NCBI GenBank assembly: GCA_030390025.1
Contig: CM059432.1
Coordinates: forward strand, 87,608,001 to 87,672,000
DNA length: 64,000 nucleotides
Reading direction: 5' to 3'
Origin: Squalus acanthias
Lineage: Eukaryota
Each line of letters begins with the position of its first letter. Positions within the stretch are counted from its first letter, which is position 1. Both the position numbers and the translations under genes were made by a program. This document shows, piece by piece, positions 49,622-63,466 of the stretch. The notes under the pieces are model-generated. The model did no database searches. It had not been told where the DNA came from and saw nothing but the letters and a program-made list of their open reading frames with translations.

Positions 49622-51401
49622 GGTCAAGAAATTGATGTCCTTACCACCACCTGGTAGTGCCAGCGATGCGTGAAAAAATGGCGGCGGCCGCTCTTGTGCC
49701 AGCTGGAGGCGGTCCCGGTGGTGGCTTACCGGCAGCGCCCTGAGGAAAAATATGGCGGCGTGGTGATGTCACACCGACTTAACATCACCTGCACAAACTT
49801 CGACCCTAGCGCTCAAGTCAGCGCTGGGTCCTAAGCACGCCAGGTTAACCAGTCAGGTAAGTTTGAATGGAAGGGTTTGGACTATTTTTTTTATTTTATT
49901 GAAGTGGTGGCTTGCTGCAATAGATGTGAAAAGTTTTTAAATTGTTTTGGGAGTACTGCTGGACACTTGCACGGGCTCGGATGGTAAGTGAACGCCTTTG
50001 AGAAGACAGAACATGCTGCGAATACTCAGCAGGTCACGCTACATCCGTGGAGTTCACGTCTCAGTTCGACATGCTGCCTGACCAACTGATTAATGGTCAT
50101 TTCACATTTACAGCATCCGCTTGCAGAGGGAAGAGGAAGACATAGAAGAGGAAGATGCAGAAGAGGAAGATGCAGAAGAGGAAGATGCAGAAGAGGAGGA
50201 AGCCGAAGAGGAGGAAGCCAAAGAGGAGCAATCAGATGGAAGGATGCATCCCAGACAGCCAGTTATGGCCAGCATATCCGGAATGGAATCATCCGCCTGC
50301 GGTCCCACAGGCTGGGCAGGCTACCTCTTGTTGACCCACTGGCTGGGCAGGCTGCATTTCTTGGGTGTGTGAAATGAGGAAGGTGCAAGGGTGGAGTTGT
50401 GCTGATGGGAGGGCGGGAAGCCTAGAGGTGCATGCCAGAAGGAGGATAACGTTCAAGGATACCCGTATCTTGTATCCTTTCAGCCCTGCCGCTGGCCAAG
50501 GGCTCAGCCATGCCCCTGCCAAGAATGACCAGCACCGTCTCCTCCAAGGGGGTGAGGTGAGGCTAGCAATGGGAGTTACGCCTCGTCATTGGTGCAGATT
50601 GTTGGTAGGTGAGTGATTGGGGTGGGAGTCGTGCATTGAGAAGTGTGTGAGGCTAATGGTGCAGTTGGTAGGAGACGGCTTTTGAAAATGCATTCACTGA
50701 CCTTGACAAGTGGTCTGAGGTCATGAAGCTTCTTTAGGCACTGGAGCCAGGTGGTGGGGGTGACACTGCTGGCAGTGACGGCCTTGGTAATGTACTCCCA
50801 CATTGTTCTTTCTGGAGGGCCTCCTGGCCTCTCTGGGTAGAGGGCCAAGTCTTACAGTGTTGATCCCCTGCACAAAGCTGGAGTGCTGCGTGCAAGACCC
50901 TGGTTGCCCCTTCCCTGGCTTGCAGACCCATTTGTGATAGTGCTGAGGCAGTTTTCCCATTTTTTGAGTTTAGGAAGGTAATTCAGATTTAACTGCTGAA
51001 TATTGACATTTGGAACTTCTTTTAAATATTGATTATTTGTTAAAAGACAGAAAGGGCTGAAAAATGTATTGAATCAGTGCATTTTATTTTCCCTTGCTTC
51101 AATGTGCATGGCCCCTTTAAATTTCAGAGATCCTCACTGCCCACAATGCATTGCGAGCTTCACAGCCTTGCACACAGACGCTAGAGGAAGCAGCAACGTT
51201 GTACCAGGACTACAAATTGGTCCCGGATCCCTCGTGCAACTCCACCAGGATGGCGTTGCGCCTAAGGTTAGCGTTGTGCCACCTACCACCATGCCACACA
51301 CACCAATTTACCTTGTTTACTGTGGCAGCCGTATCAGGCAGCCATTAACAGCAGTTGGCAAGGACACCGACTGCTTTCCGGGCGAGAATGAATTTCCCCC
51401 C
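49622..51401. mobile_element. Internally deleted Harbinger inserted in CR1
   Basis: Transposase acidic tail on + (50127-50230); Myb exon 1 on - (WEYITKAVTASSVTPTTWLQCLKKLHDL, 50700-50850); right end AATTTCCCCCC; CR1 rejoins across it. Confidence 0.75.
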
Positions 51402-52614
51402 TGCTCTCTCCAGCACTGTGATATTCTCCTTAACCAATACTGCCACCCCACCTCCTATCTCTTCTTCCCTATCTCTCCTGAACACCTTATATCCAGGAAC
51501 ATTTAGTACCCAAACCTGCCCTTTTTGAGCCAGGTCTCCATTATCGCCACGATATCATATTCCCATGTGGCTATTTGTGCCTGCAGCTCAACAACCTTAT
51601 TTACCAAGTTTTGTGCATTTACATACATGCACTGTAAACCTATCTTAGCCCTTCTTGTATTTTATCTTAGTCTGACCCCACCTAATACTGTACTATCTCT
51701 TACTCTAATGCTATCTGTGTCTCCCACTCTTTTGTGCACCTTGTTTCTCCATTTTAATGCTACATCCTGGTGCCCATCCCCCTGCCAAATTAGTTTAAAC
51801 CCTCCCCAACAGCACTAGCATACCCCACTGCGAGGATATTGGTCCCGGCTCTGTTGAGGTGCAACAAGTCCGGCCTGTACAGGTCCCACCTCCCCCTGAA
51901 CTGGTCCTAACGTCCTAGGAATCTAAAGCCCTCTCTTCTGCACCATCTCTCCAGCCACACATTCATCTGCTCTATCCTCCTATTTCTATACTCACTCACG
52001 CGTGGCACCAGGAGTAATCCGGAGATTGCTACCTTTGAGGTCTTGCTTTTTAATCTCTTTCCTAGCTCCCTAAATTCTGGCTGCAGGACCTCATCCCTCT
52101 TTCTACCGATGTCGTTGATACCGATATGGACCACGACCTCTGGCTATTCAGCCTCACGGATGCACCGCAGTGATGCCAGCTGCTGCTCAAGCTCCGAAAC
52201 CCGGAGCTCGAGCTTCTCCAGCTGACAACACTTCCTGCATATGTGGTTGTCCAGGACACGGGAAGCATCCTGGAGTTCCACATTGCACAGAATACGCAGT
52301 CCGTGGGACTGAAGTGCCCTGCCATGCCTCTATTTAATAGACTATTAACTAACCTAGCAGAAATAAACTTAAAACTTTAAAAAATCACTCACCAATCAGC
52401 TCCTTCCCTTGTGCTGACATCACTTTAGGTTTTTAACTCTGACATCACTCTTTCAAATTCTGCCTGTGTTGAGTTGCTCCCAGGTCTGCACTCGCTCCAC
52501 TCCCACTCAGGTCCGCTCCTTGTGCTCTCGGGCCTGCTCTTGCTGTGCTTTTTATCCCCACTCCGCTCTCGCTCCGCTCCCGTTCAGGCCGCTGCCTCTG
52601 GTCTCAGGCCTGCT

Positions 52615-55600
52615 CTGGTTGATTCTTAACTGCCTCTGAAATGGTCAAGCAAGCCACTCAGTTGTAACAAACCGCTACGAAAAGCAATAATAAGAATAAA
52701 ACTGAAAGGACCACCCGGCATCGACCTAGGCGCCAGCTTCAGACACGAAAACAGCACACCCAGCCCAGTCAATCCTGCAAAGTCCTCCTCACTAACATCT
52801 GGGGACTTGTGCCAAAATTGGGAGAGCTGTCCCACAGACTAGTCAAGCAACAGCCTGACATAGTCATAATAACAGAATCATACCTTTCTACCAATGTCCA
52901 AGAATCCTCCATCACCATCCCTGGGTATGTCCTGTCGCACCAGAGGTGGCGGCACAGTGGTATATAGTCAGGAGGAAGTGGCCCTGGGAGTCCTCAATAT
53001 TGACTCCGGACCCCATGAAGTCTCATGGCTTCAGGTCAAGCATGGGCAAGGAAACCTCCTGCTGATTACCACCGACCGCCCTCCCTCAGCTGATGAATCA
53101 GTACTCCTCCATGTTGAACACTACTTGCAAGAAGCACTGAGGTTAGCAAGGGCACAGAATGTACTCTGGGTGGGGGACTTCAATGTCCATCACCAAGAGT
53201 GGCTCGGTAGCACCACTACTGACTGAGCTGGCCGAGCCTGAAGGACATAGCTGCCAGACTGGGCCTGCGACAGGTAGTGAGAGAACCAACACGAGGGAAA
53301 ATATACTTGAACTCGTCCTCACTAATCTACCTGTCACAGATGCATCTGTCCATGACAGCATTGGTAGCAGTGACCACTGCACAGTCCTTGTGGAGACGAA
53401 GTCCCGTCTTCACACTGAGGACACCCTCCATCGTGTTGTGTGGCACTACCACCGTGCTAAATGGGATAGATTCAGAACAGATCAAACAGCTGAAAACTGG
53501 GCATCCATGAGGCGCTGCGGGCCATCAGCAGCAGCAGAATTGTATTCCACCACAATCTGTAAACTCATGGCCCCGCATATCCCTCACTCTACCATTACCA
53601 TCAAGCCAAGTAACCAACCCTGGTTCAATAAGGAGGGTAGAAGAACATGCCAGGAGCAGCACCAGGTGTACCTAAAAATGAGGTGCCAACCTGGGGAAGA
53701 TGCAACACAGGATTACATGCATGCTAAACAGCAGAGGCAGCATGCTATAGACAGAGCTAAGCAATTCCACAATCAACGGATCATTTCAAAGCTCTGCAGT
53801 CCTGTCACATCCAGTCGTGAATGGTGGTGGACCATTAAACAACTAACGGGAGGAAGAGGCTCCATGAATATCCCCAAGCTCAATGATGGCGGAGCCCAGC
53901 ACGCAAGTGCAAAAGACAAGGCTGAAGCATTTGTAACCATCTTCAGCTGGAAGTGCCAAGTGGATGATCCATATCGGCCTCCTCCTGACGTCCCCACCAT
54001 CACAGAAGCCAGTCTTCAGCCAATTCGATTCATGCCACATGATTTCAAGAAACGGCTGAGCGCAGTGGATACAGCAAAGGCTATCAGCCACGACAACATC
54101 CCGGCTGTCATGCTGAAGACTTGTGCTCCAGAACTAGCCGCGCCTCTAGCTAATCTGTTCCAGTACAGCTACAACACTGGCATCTACCCGACAATGTGGA
54201 AAACTGCCTAGTTATGTCCTGTCCACAAAAAGCAGGACAAATCCAATCCGGCCAAGTACCGCCCAATCAGTCTACTCTCAATCATCAGCAAAGTGATGGA
54301 AGGTGTTGTCGACAGTGCTATCAAGCGACACTTACTCACCAATAACCTGCTTGCCGATGCTCAGTTTGGGTTCTGCCAGGACCACTCGGCTCCCGACCTC
54401 ATTACAACCTTGGTCCAAACATGGACAAAGGAGCTGAATTCCAGAGGTGAGGTGAGAGTGACTGCCCTTGACATCAAGGCAGCATTTGACTGAGTGTGGC
54501 ATGAAGGAGCCCCAGTAAAATTTAATTCAATGGGAATCAGGCAAATGCTCCACCGGCTGGAATCATACCAAGCACAAAGGAAGATGGTTCCGGTTGTTGG
54601 AGGTCAAACATCACAGACCCAGGACATCGCTGCAGGAGTTCCTCAGGGCAGTGTCCTAGGCCTAACCATCTTCAGCTGCTTCATCAATGTCCTTCCCTCC
54701 ATCATAAGGTCAGAAGTGGAGATGTTCGCTGATGATTGCACAGTGTTCAGTTCCATTCACAACTCCTCATACAATGACGCAGTCCGTGCCCGCATGCAGC
54801 AAAACCTGGACGACATTCAGGCTTGGGCTGATATGTGGCAGGTAACATTCGTGCCAGGCAATGACTATCTCCAACAAGCGAGCATCTAACCACCACCCCT
54901 TGACATTCAACAGCATTACCATCGCTGAATCCCCCACCATCAACATCCTGGGGGTAACCATTGACCAGAAACTTAACTGGACCAGCCACATAAATACTGT
55001 GGCTACAAGAGCAGGCCAGCGGCTGGGTATTCTGCAGTGAGTGTCTCACCTCCTTACTCCCCAAAGCCTTTCCACCATCTACAAGGCACAAGTCAGGAGT
55101 GTGATGGAATACTCTCCACTTGCCTGGATGAGTGCAGCTGCAGCAACACTCAAGAAGCTTGACAATATCCAGGACAAAGCAGCCCGCTTGATCCACCACC
55201 TTAAACATTCACTCCCTCCACCACTGGCATACCGTGGCTGCAGTGTGTACCATCTACAAGATGCACTGCAGCAACTCGCCAAGGCTTCTTCGGCAGCACC
55301 TCCCAAACCCGCGACTACTACCACCTAGAAGGACAAGGGCAGCAGGCGCATGGGAACACCACCACCTCCAAGTTCCCCTCCAAGTCACACACCATCCTGA
55401 CTTGGGAATATATCGCCGTTCCTTCATCGTCGCTGGGTCAAAATCCTGGAACTCCCTCCCTAACAGCACTGTGGGAGTACCTTCACCACACATATTGCAG
55501 CGGTTCAAGAAGGCCACCACCTTTTCAATGGCAATTGGGGATGGGCAATAAATGCTGGCCTTGGCAGCGAAGCCCACATCCCATGAACGAATAAAAAAAA
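52615..55600 (+). mobile_element. Longest copy of LINE family B: APE endonuclease + RT, disrupted
   Basis: VGDFNVHH, GSSDHCTV, PWFN, GVPQGSVLG, MFADDC; A-tail at 55592-55601. Confidence 0.93.
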
Positions 55601-56221
55601 ATCACTGGATAGGCTGAACAGAAGCCCCGAGGTAGTGGCGTGGGAATCATGGAGCAGGAACCTACTGGGCTGTCTCCGGATGGCAGTATTGCTGCTCTCT
55701 CCCTCGCCACTCCACCATTGACCTTGCCGGTGCCTGTCAGCCAGGCGACCCAGACTGCTGAAGCCCATGCTGAGATGGTGCAGTCTGAGGCAGGGCCATC
55801 AAGACCCACAGCCTCTCGAGGGCATCCCAGGAGGTCATCTGAACTACCCTCTTAAGATTCTCAGCAGCCATCCACCTTGCCTGCTGCTGCCACTGGGGTT
55901 GCACTTCATAGAAGCATCAGATTAGGCAAGTGCACTTATAGCCACTAAGGGTAAGCACCAGGGTGAATAATTTAATATTTGTAAGTGATGTTGGTTCTGT
56001 CATGTTTACATATTTTGTTTTTGATGAATATAAACAGTGATGATGGTAATTGGTTAGTGGTGGAATCGGTGTTTTCATTGTGATCTTCATGGGAAGGGGT
56101 TGAAAGGATTGAGTGCAGATGATGGACTGCCTGATGGATCCGAAGTCGTGGAAGATACATCATGTGGCAACAGTGCTCTGGAGTCTGATGGTAGAGCATG
56201 TCTCTCGAAAGCGCTGTTCAG

Positions 56222-57007
56222 TTAGATAGCGGCAAGCGTCCCTCCCAGGTGTGGCCCGTCGACCTGGAACCCTCTGGTGCTCCCCCTGGTCCCCCGGTCC
56301 TTCTCTTCCTCCTCCTCCTCTTCCTCTTTATCCTCTTCTTGTGGCTCCTGGGCTTGACACTCTGGCACAATTCCTGGTGTTAACAGCTGGTCTCTCATGA
56401 TTTCCAGATTGTGGAGCATGCAGCAAATCACCACGAATGTGGACACTTTCTTGGCTGAGTACTGCAGGGGACCTCCTGACCGGTCAAGGCATTTAAACCT
56501 CTGCTTGAGGACCCCAGTGGTCTGCTCAATTATATTCCTGGTGGCTGAGTGTCTCTCATTGTATGAGTGCTCAGCTGGTGTCTGGGGCTTTCTCAGGGTA
56601 GTGATGAGCCATGGCCTCAGAGGGTATCCTTTGTCACCTAGTAGCCAGCCATCCACATTGCGTTGGGGCTCAAAGATCTGTGGGATGGATGACTGTCTCA
56701 TTATAAACGCATCGTGGCAATTCCCTGGATAGCAGGCATTCACCTGCATGATACGCTGCCGGTGGTCACAGACAAGCTGTACATTGAGGAAATGGAATCC
56801 CTTCCTGTTCCTGAACACCTCCGAGTTTAAATGAGGGGCTCGCATGGCCACGTTTGCAGTAAATGGTACTTGGACCACGGGGAATCCCACAATCCTGTCG
56901 AATCCTAGTGCTCTCTGTCTCTGGTCTTCTCTGGCAATAGGGAATGATATACAGTTATTTCTTAGAGTGTATAGAGCCACAGATACCTCCCTTATGCAGA
57001 ATTGCAC
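56222..57007 (-). pseudogene. Harbinger transposase remnant (N-terminus deleted, first catalytic GAID motif disrupted)
   Basis: NRKGFHFLNVQLVCD, PGNCHDAFI, LLGDKGYP, RNIIEQTTGVLKQRF; GFPVVQVPFTANV replaces GFPMVQGAIDCTHV. Confidence 0.9.
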
Positions 57008-58527
57008 AGATTTTGTGGTGTAGGCAGTCTATCTCCAGCAGCAAGTGAACATTGAAAGCTTAGTATGGCTTTAAACAGTACTCAAAATACTCAGCAAGGA
57101 CTTGTTTACTCCTGGTCAGCTGGTCGCTGTTAAGAAAGGTCATTAAATTAAGCGTTATCCACCAAAATGGCGTGCAGCCTCTTTAATGAGCGCTAGCAGG
57201 CAACTTAATTGTCAAACAGCTCCTTAACAATCCTCCGGGTGGCCGTTCCTAGTGCTGGCTTCAACTACTTTACCAAGATGGTGTCTTGCGCTAAACGCAG
57301 GCTAAGCTGGCATTGCAGCTTAAGACCCCATCTTGGCCACCTCTTTAGCGCCTAAAGTATTCAGCCAAAATTGCCCCCAATGTTTTGTGCTTGTAAACCT
57401 CTATCCCTATATGACTGGTTTATGCACATTAATTTGCTCATAGTTTATTGCCTGGCATGTGTAATGTAAAAATCAGTTCTTTAAAATCAATCTGGGAAGA
57501 CGGTTGCTCAATAATGGCAAGTCTGGACCTGGGACAGCAGGATTTCAATCTGTAGTTAATTAACAGAAATCTGAGTTGAGCTTCCACACATGTTTAACCT
57601 AACGCCTATAACAATAGATTTTTTAGTGACCAATCCGGCGTATTTGTGAGGTATGGGTCAATGAGGGGCACATTTGTATATTTGCTGGTCTTCATCTATA
57701 ATTAGGACCCTTTGGGAATGATTTGAACCTTAAGGTAAATATAATCCATACTCACCTTTAGAATGTAAAAATGTAAAGAAAGCACATTACAAGAGAAGTC
57801 CTGTATTTATAAGTGCCGCATTTAAAAAGAAATGCACAAATGCCTATCAGCTTACAATTTATTTGAAATACCTTGAACTAACTCTGCTATATACTATGGA
57901 AAACACGGTTCTAACTTGTTTATCAGCGAAAGTTGAACATTGTTTCTTAGTGATACTTAAGACATGGGTGGATCATGTTGAACATAATAAATGATTTAAT
58001 GCCATTCATGTTCATAAAATCAGATCCTTCACTGTGCTATTTATACTGGCTAACAGCTGATAGACTAATAGCAACAACAAGAACTGAAATCTGAACATTA
58101 TTACTAGCAGTCAAAACATAATTTCCTGGAATGGCACCATCAGTGATGTACACTGCAAATTACGCTGTGCAGTAAACGTAACACAATGACGAAGACGTGT
58201 TTTGATGGGTTTTAGCTCAGAATTAAATATATCAAGCAAGAGCAGAGATTTCATTTCACTTTAATCAATTATTTTAAACACAGGAGTTTAAATGCATTCA
58301 CAGATCAAATAAATTGATTTAATGATTTTGCACTTAGCTCAAGAGCTCTAGTTCAGAATGAACACAATGATAACTTATTTTTAATAGTGTAACGTCCAAG
58401 CCTATTTTTATTATATATCCATAAAAGTCCCTTCGCACTGCTCCAGACTGCAGAGATGGAGCACCACGGCTTTTATGGTCTTCCCAAGCTGAGAATTGTG
58501 TGAGAGCCATAAATCGCGTCGATAGCA

Positions 58528-60447
58528 GGGACACAAAATTTGATTGCGCCTGAAAACAGGCGCGCGGGGGCTGCAAGTGCCTGTTCACGTGGGCACAAAG
58601 ACACGGTGAAACTCATGCAGGGAGCTCATTATAATGAGTCATGCATGCAACCTGGACAACCCAGCTGCTTATTGGCTGCGCGCCTGTCTGGGGTTAGGGA
58701 ATTCGGACTTCATTGACGCCACTTAAAGGCAGCCAGTACCTCTTAAAGGGGCACTCTATCTGCTGACAGCAGGGAAACTTTGCAAGTGGAGAAATGGCTG
58801 CCAGAGGTACAGAGCGGACTACCAGGTTCTCAGATACAGCGTTGGAGGTCCAGGCATTAGTAAGGAGTAGGGAGATCCTGTTGCTCCCCAGGGGCAAAAA
58901 GCCCTCCAGGCAACACCTCTGCTGCCAGTGTGAAGAGGTCGCAGAGGAGGTCAATGACAGGGGCTTAGCTCCCAAGGACATGGCTGCAATTCTGCAAAAA
59001 GTTCAATGCCCTCACCAGAGTTGTCAAGGTAAGAATCTTACCTCTCACTTCAATTACTCTCCTCACACCTACACCACCTGCAGCCACACTACTCACAACA
59101 CTCCCCTCCCCCGCTTCTCTTCGCTGTTCTACAATCACTGCACCACAATTCACTCCTTCTACTCACACACTCTGCACTTCTTACTCTCACCACTATTGCA
59201 ACCCTCACCTCCCCACATCTCACATCTTCCACACAACATACAAACTAATTGACCATGACAGGCAAATTCCCAAAACACCTCACAAGATCGTCACTAACAC
59301 ACTCCGTACTCCATTGCAGGAGAAGGTCGCGCACAACCTGAGGCAAGAGGTGACCACCAGAGGATGCCGAGCCCGCCTGCAAACCCTTTCTCCTCCGGAG
59401 GAAGACATGCTGGCCATTGTGGGAGTGAAATCCCTATCTTTTGATGCCAGGCTGGTGATAGGGAGCACACAAGGCAATGTGGTGCAGTCTATGGCACCCT
59501 GGACCCTGGAGAAGCCGACAATGTGGACAAAGCCTAGTGCTCTCCTGTCCTGCTTTGCTTTGTCCATTGGGAAAGTAATGTAGGTGTTCCTCTTGGAGCC
59601 TTGGTGAGCTCCCTGATACAGCAGTGCTCAGCAAACTGGGAGATGTTGTTGATGTCACCTGCTGCAGCCTGTAAAAGTTAAGGGCCACAGTGATCTTGAC
59701 TGAGGTTCCAGTTGTGGCTGAGCAGGTGACAGAGTTCGGTGACAGCCCCCTTGGTGAAGCGGAGATGTCTCAAACATTGCTCCTCAGTGAAGTTGAGTTA
59801 AGAGGAGTGCTTCCTGAATGTGGGTATGGCCTCCTGCACAGTGTCCTCCTCCTCCTCCCTCTTCACCTAGCTACTCTTACTCTCTCCTGTCTTCTTCACT
59901 GCTCCTCCTCGTCCTTAAGCCTAAAGGTAGCTCACCAGACCACCCATTACTGCAGTACAACTGTTTCGAAGGTTGACAAAAGCAGTCCAGCACCAGCATA
60001 AAGTTAGCAGTAGTCACAATTCAGTTGTTGAATGCAGAAAATAGCCAAAAAATGGTGCGGCAGTTAGCTAGCAGTCATGAAGACAAATCAGCAACTCACC
60101 GGTATGGAATGAATGTATCCTTTAAATAGAACTCCTGCCACATTCTTGCTGCCTGTTAGTGCCATGACCTGCTGGGCAATTTTATCACGTAGTGAGTCAG
60201 GTGGTGGGGCAGACTGATTTCACAAAAGGGTCCTATCATAAACGAAGGATCTTTATTTAAATATTATAATGAGCGTTTTAAATGTTTCTGGCACATGCCC
60301 TGGACCGAGGGAGGCGCTTGATTTAATATGGCGGGCGACATGCTTACTGCGTGGCATAAGCGTGTGCACGCTGACCGCCACATTGGACCCTTAGGTGCCT
60401 GTTTTACGCCTGTAATATGGGCGCAGCGCGATCCAAATTCTAAGCCC
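58528..60447. mobile_element. Internally deleted Harbinger: Myb exons 1-2 on +, transposase 5' part on -
   Basis: RTTRFSDTALE (58794-), EKVAHNLRQ (59320-), RALGFVHIVGFSRVQGAIDC; ends GGGACACAAAATTT / AAATTCTAAGCCC. Confidence 0.82.
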
Positions 60448-61028
60448 AATTAATCAAGGGTCCACATGCATCATTAGTTCTCAGTCTAAGTGGCTGTGGT
60501 GAGAAAACTAGCGTAAATCCAAGAAATTGAGACTTGTCATTGACTTGAACGGGGGTGGCGGAGCTGTGATAATAAACTTTCCACAGTTTCTTGAGGGTAT
60601 CGGTGGAGCCGCACAAATGTCATAGGAAATTATAGCGCCGTGTGATTAATGGCATAGCTCACTTCATAATTTCCTGGGACTTTTGTGCAAGTCTCCAGGA
60701 AATTCTGTGCCTTTGATTCAGCTTTGAAGACACCACTTTTGTTGGGTTAAGATGGATGTTCTATTTATGTATTCAGTATAATAGCTGTTGGTTCACAATT
60801 TCATTATTTCCTTTTGTGAGACTTGTTTATACAAAAAATAATTTCTCATTGATGATTACATTGTTCCTACACAATTTAAAAATATTTTTTTTTTACCAAT
60901 TTTCTCATTTTTTGTCCAAGTCACCATCGTCACCAAGGGTGAGCCTTGACAACAAGTGTCAGCAGGCTATTTGGTTGTGGGCTCATCACAGGTGAGCCCT
61001 AGCTTGTACTCAAACGACATCTATACAT

Positions 61029-61814
61029 GGCCCTAGAAATTCGGGTACAGGATTCGAACATTGCGACTGAATAGTGAGGCCCGAGGCACCCCCGAAATTT
61101 GGCCTGAGGCCTCATTATAATGAAGCCGGGTGTCGGGGCTGGGGGTCCAAGATTCGGCCCGGGGGTCAGATTGGGGGTTGAGGTTGAGGGTCGGTATTTG
61201 GATTGAGGGCCGGGGCTCGGGTCTGGGGATTGTGTGGGCCGATCGGGGTCGGGAGAAGAGACTGGGGGGAGGATCGGCGACGGGAGTGGCAGTGATTGGG
61301 GGGGTGGGGGCTGTGGTTAAATGTGGGGTCGGAAGAAAGGCAATATGGGTTGACACTTGGGTGAAAAATTTATTCAGGGCAAAGAATTACTCTTTTCACA
61401 TTTGGCACTTTTGTCTGCACTGTGGTTTCATAGCAGCTTCTGAGTCTGCAATGTCAGGATGTCATAGATATGATAGTTGATTGAATGTTTCAAATGATCT
61501 TTATTGCAGGGTTGAGGCAATGGTGAAGGAGATAACAAGAACTGGTAATGCAGAGGGATGTGTTGGGGGGGGAGTGGCGGGTGGGGGTTGTGTAACATTT
61601 CAGGGGAATGAGCAGGTCCATCGAAGTACTGAGCAATCAAGTCATCCTTGGCATCTCTGGCTGCCTGAGGTTGAAATGACCCTCCTTCTTCTGCTCCTTC
61701 TTTGCCTTCACCAAAGTCTTCCTTGTCAGATGATGAATGTTCCTCTTGCCAATCCTCCTCCATGTGCAATCCTCTTTGCATTGCGAGGTTGTGCAACATG
61801 CAGCACACTACCAT
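61029..61814. mobile_element. Truncated Harbinger end with transposase C-terminus on -
   Basis: GGCCCTAGAAATT terminus; VVCCMLHNLAMQRG plus acidic tract. Confidence 0.7.
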
Positions 61815-61849
61815 TCTGCATGAAACTCTGTTTGGGCTGTATTGAATTG

Positions 61850-62145
61850 GAAGAACGCAGAGTTCTCGAGGGTTGTAGGGCAGGTTACAAGATAGGGAGG
61901 GGTGAGGCCATGGAGGAATTTGAAAACCAGGCTGAGAATTTTAAAATTGAGATGTTGGTGGACTGGGAGCCAATGCAGTCAGCAAGCGCACGGGTGATGG
62001 CTGAGCGGAACTTGATGCAAGTTAGGATATGCTCAGCAGAGTTTTGGATAAGCTCAAGTTTATGGAGGGTGGAAGATGGGAGGCTGGCCAGGAAAGCATT
62101 GGAATAGTCGAGTCTGGAGGCAACATAATCATGGATGAGAGTTCT
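61850..62145 (-). mobile_element. L2 LINE fragment
   Basis: Similar to 38770-39075 (GAGGCCATGGAGG.ATTTGAAAAC..GGAATAGTC.AGTCT). Confidence 0.8.
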
Positions 62146-63082
62146 CCAAATCTAGCTCTGCCTTCTCAACTGATGCAATTGAGATTCTTAAAAATGGTAT
62201 AGTTACAGGTAGAATACAGTATTGTAATATTGCATTTACAGTGCATCAGTTTCAAAAAAACATGATACTTTATTATACAAGATGTGGCATGACATTTTCT
62301 TTTATCTTAAATACAGTATTTTGATTTCATGAAAAGAAATGATGCAGCAACAGCAGAAAGTCAATTTCCTTTGAAGGCAGATTTGGAAAGGATATTTGTT
62401 AGCCTGGTTTTTAGAGAAATGAGGTCACATATGGCTGATGTCATTTTGTGGCTCAGTTTCTGGTCTGTTGTGTGTGCTCCTTTCCACTACAATCCATCAA
62501 GAGAACGTCAAGTGCCAAGTATAAGGCTGGACTGCTATTACTTGCCTTATTGCAGGATTCATAATTTATTGCCTTGGGCAGAACTTGATGAAATATCTGA
62601 AACTGGCACTGGTTGCTAACTTGTTTATACTGTAATTGTATTTGCCAAGGGAACAGTTTTCCATTAGCAATTACTTGTTGGTGAGCAGCCATTTGAATGA
62701 AACAAAAGCTCCTAAACACCATTATAGCTAGCCAAAACCATACAGATCATAGTGGTTCCCTGGCAGATGCAGTGAATTGCCCAAAGGTCTCCACACAGAT
62801 GCTTTCAGGAGAGGCACTGTTCAACCAGCAGCAGGACCCATCATGGGCATCACAGGCAGAGCCACAGGCTTTTATTAAAGTCACTCAGAAATCAATAGTT
62901 TCCTTTTAACTTTGAATTCTACTAAATGAATAAACTCATTTACATAGGTCCAATTCATATATTTATTAATTTAGTAAGTCATTTCATTCAATGAATTTTA
63001 AGGATTAGCAGTTTAAACACAAATCAATAAATTTAAATTGCCATGAATTTTCCATGATTTTGAAATTGTGTTGTGTGATATC

Positions 63083-63425
63083 AGAATCATAGAATAGTAC
63101 AGCCATTCGGCCCATCGAGTCTTTCGAAGAGCAATCCAGTTAGTCCCACTCCCCCGCTCTTACCCCAATTCCCTGCAATTGTTTCTCCGTCAAGTATTTA
63201 TCTAATTCCATTTTGAAGGCTACTATTGAATCTGTAGCCACCACCCTATCAGGCATCATTTTTAATCATAACCACTCGTTGTGTAAAAAAGTTTCCTCAT
63301 GTCGCCTCTGTTTTTTTTGCCAATCACCTTAAATCTGTGCCCTCTTGTTATCGACCCTTCAGCCATTGGAAACAGCTTCTCTTTATTTATTCTATCTAAA
63401 CTCTTCATGATTTTAAACATCTTTA
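63083..63425 (-). mobile_element. CR1 3' fragment
   Basis: FKIMKSLDRINKEKLFP..TRGHRFK; AGAATCATAGAA tail. Confidence 0.8.
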
Positions 63426-63466
63426 TGTAAGGAAATCTCTTTAAATTCAATTAAATGATTCCTGGT

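Larger units (their letters stand above)
47378..52600 (-). mobile_element. CR1 LINE retaining 5' UTR and ORF1 remnants, lacking its 3' end; interrupted by a Penelope-like element and a Harbinger
   Basis: ORF1 VHIGINDIGRK..WCRREGFRFL (51907-52134), EN IMGDFNYP..SDH (49068-49454), KSPGLDGMHP..W.IANVTPLF (47370-47699). Confidence 0.85.
46796..57378. mobile_element. Decayed Harbinger stretched by nested insertions: Myb exon 1 (~46960-47211, +), exon 3 tail (~55600-55950, +), transposase remnant (-)
   Basis: CACAAGAAATTTAATGAC..AAG/GTAAG exon 1 end; AHAEMVQSEAGPSRP matches intact AHAELVQSAAGPSRP; right end AAAATTGCCCCC. Joining the two halves into one element is inference. Confidence 0.6.

Noticed and set aside
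50093..50377. Arg-rich, Ser-rich or acidic small proteins
   Set aside because: Three readings of a 15-bp repeat that is the acidic tail of a deleted transposase.
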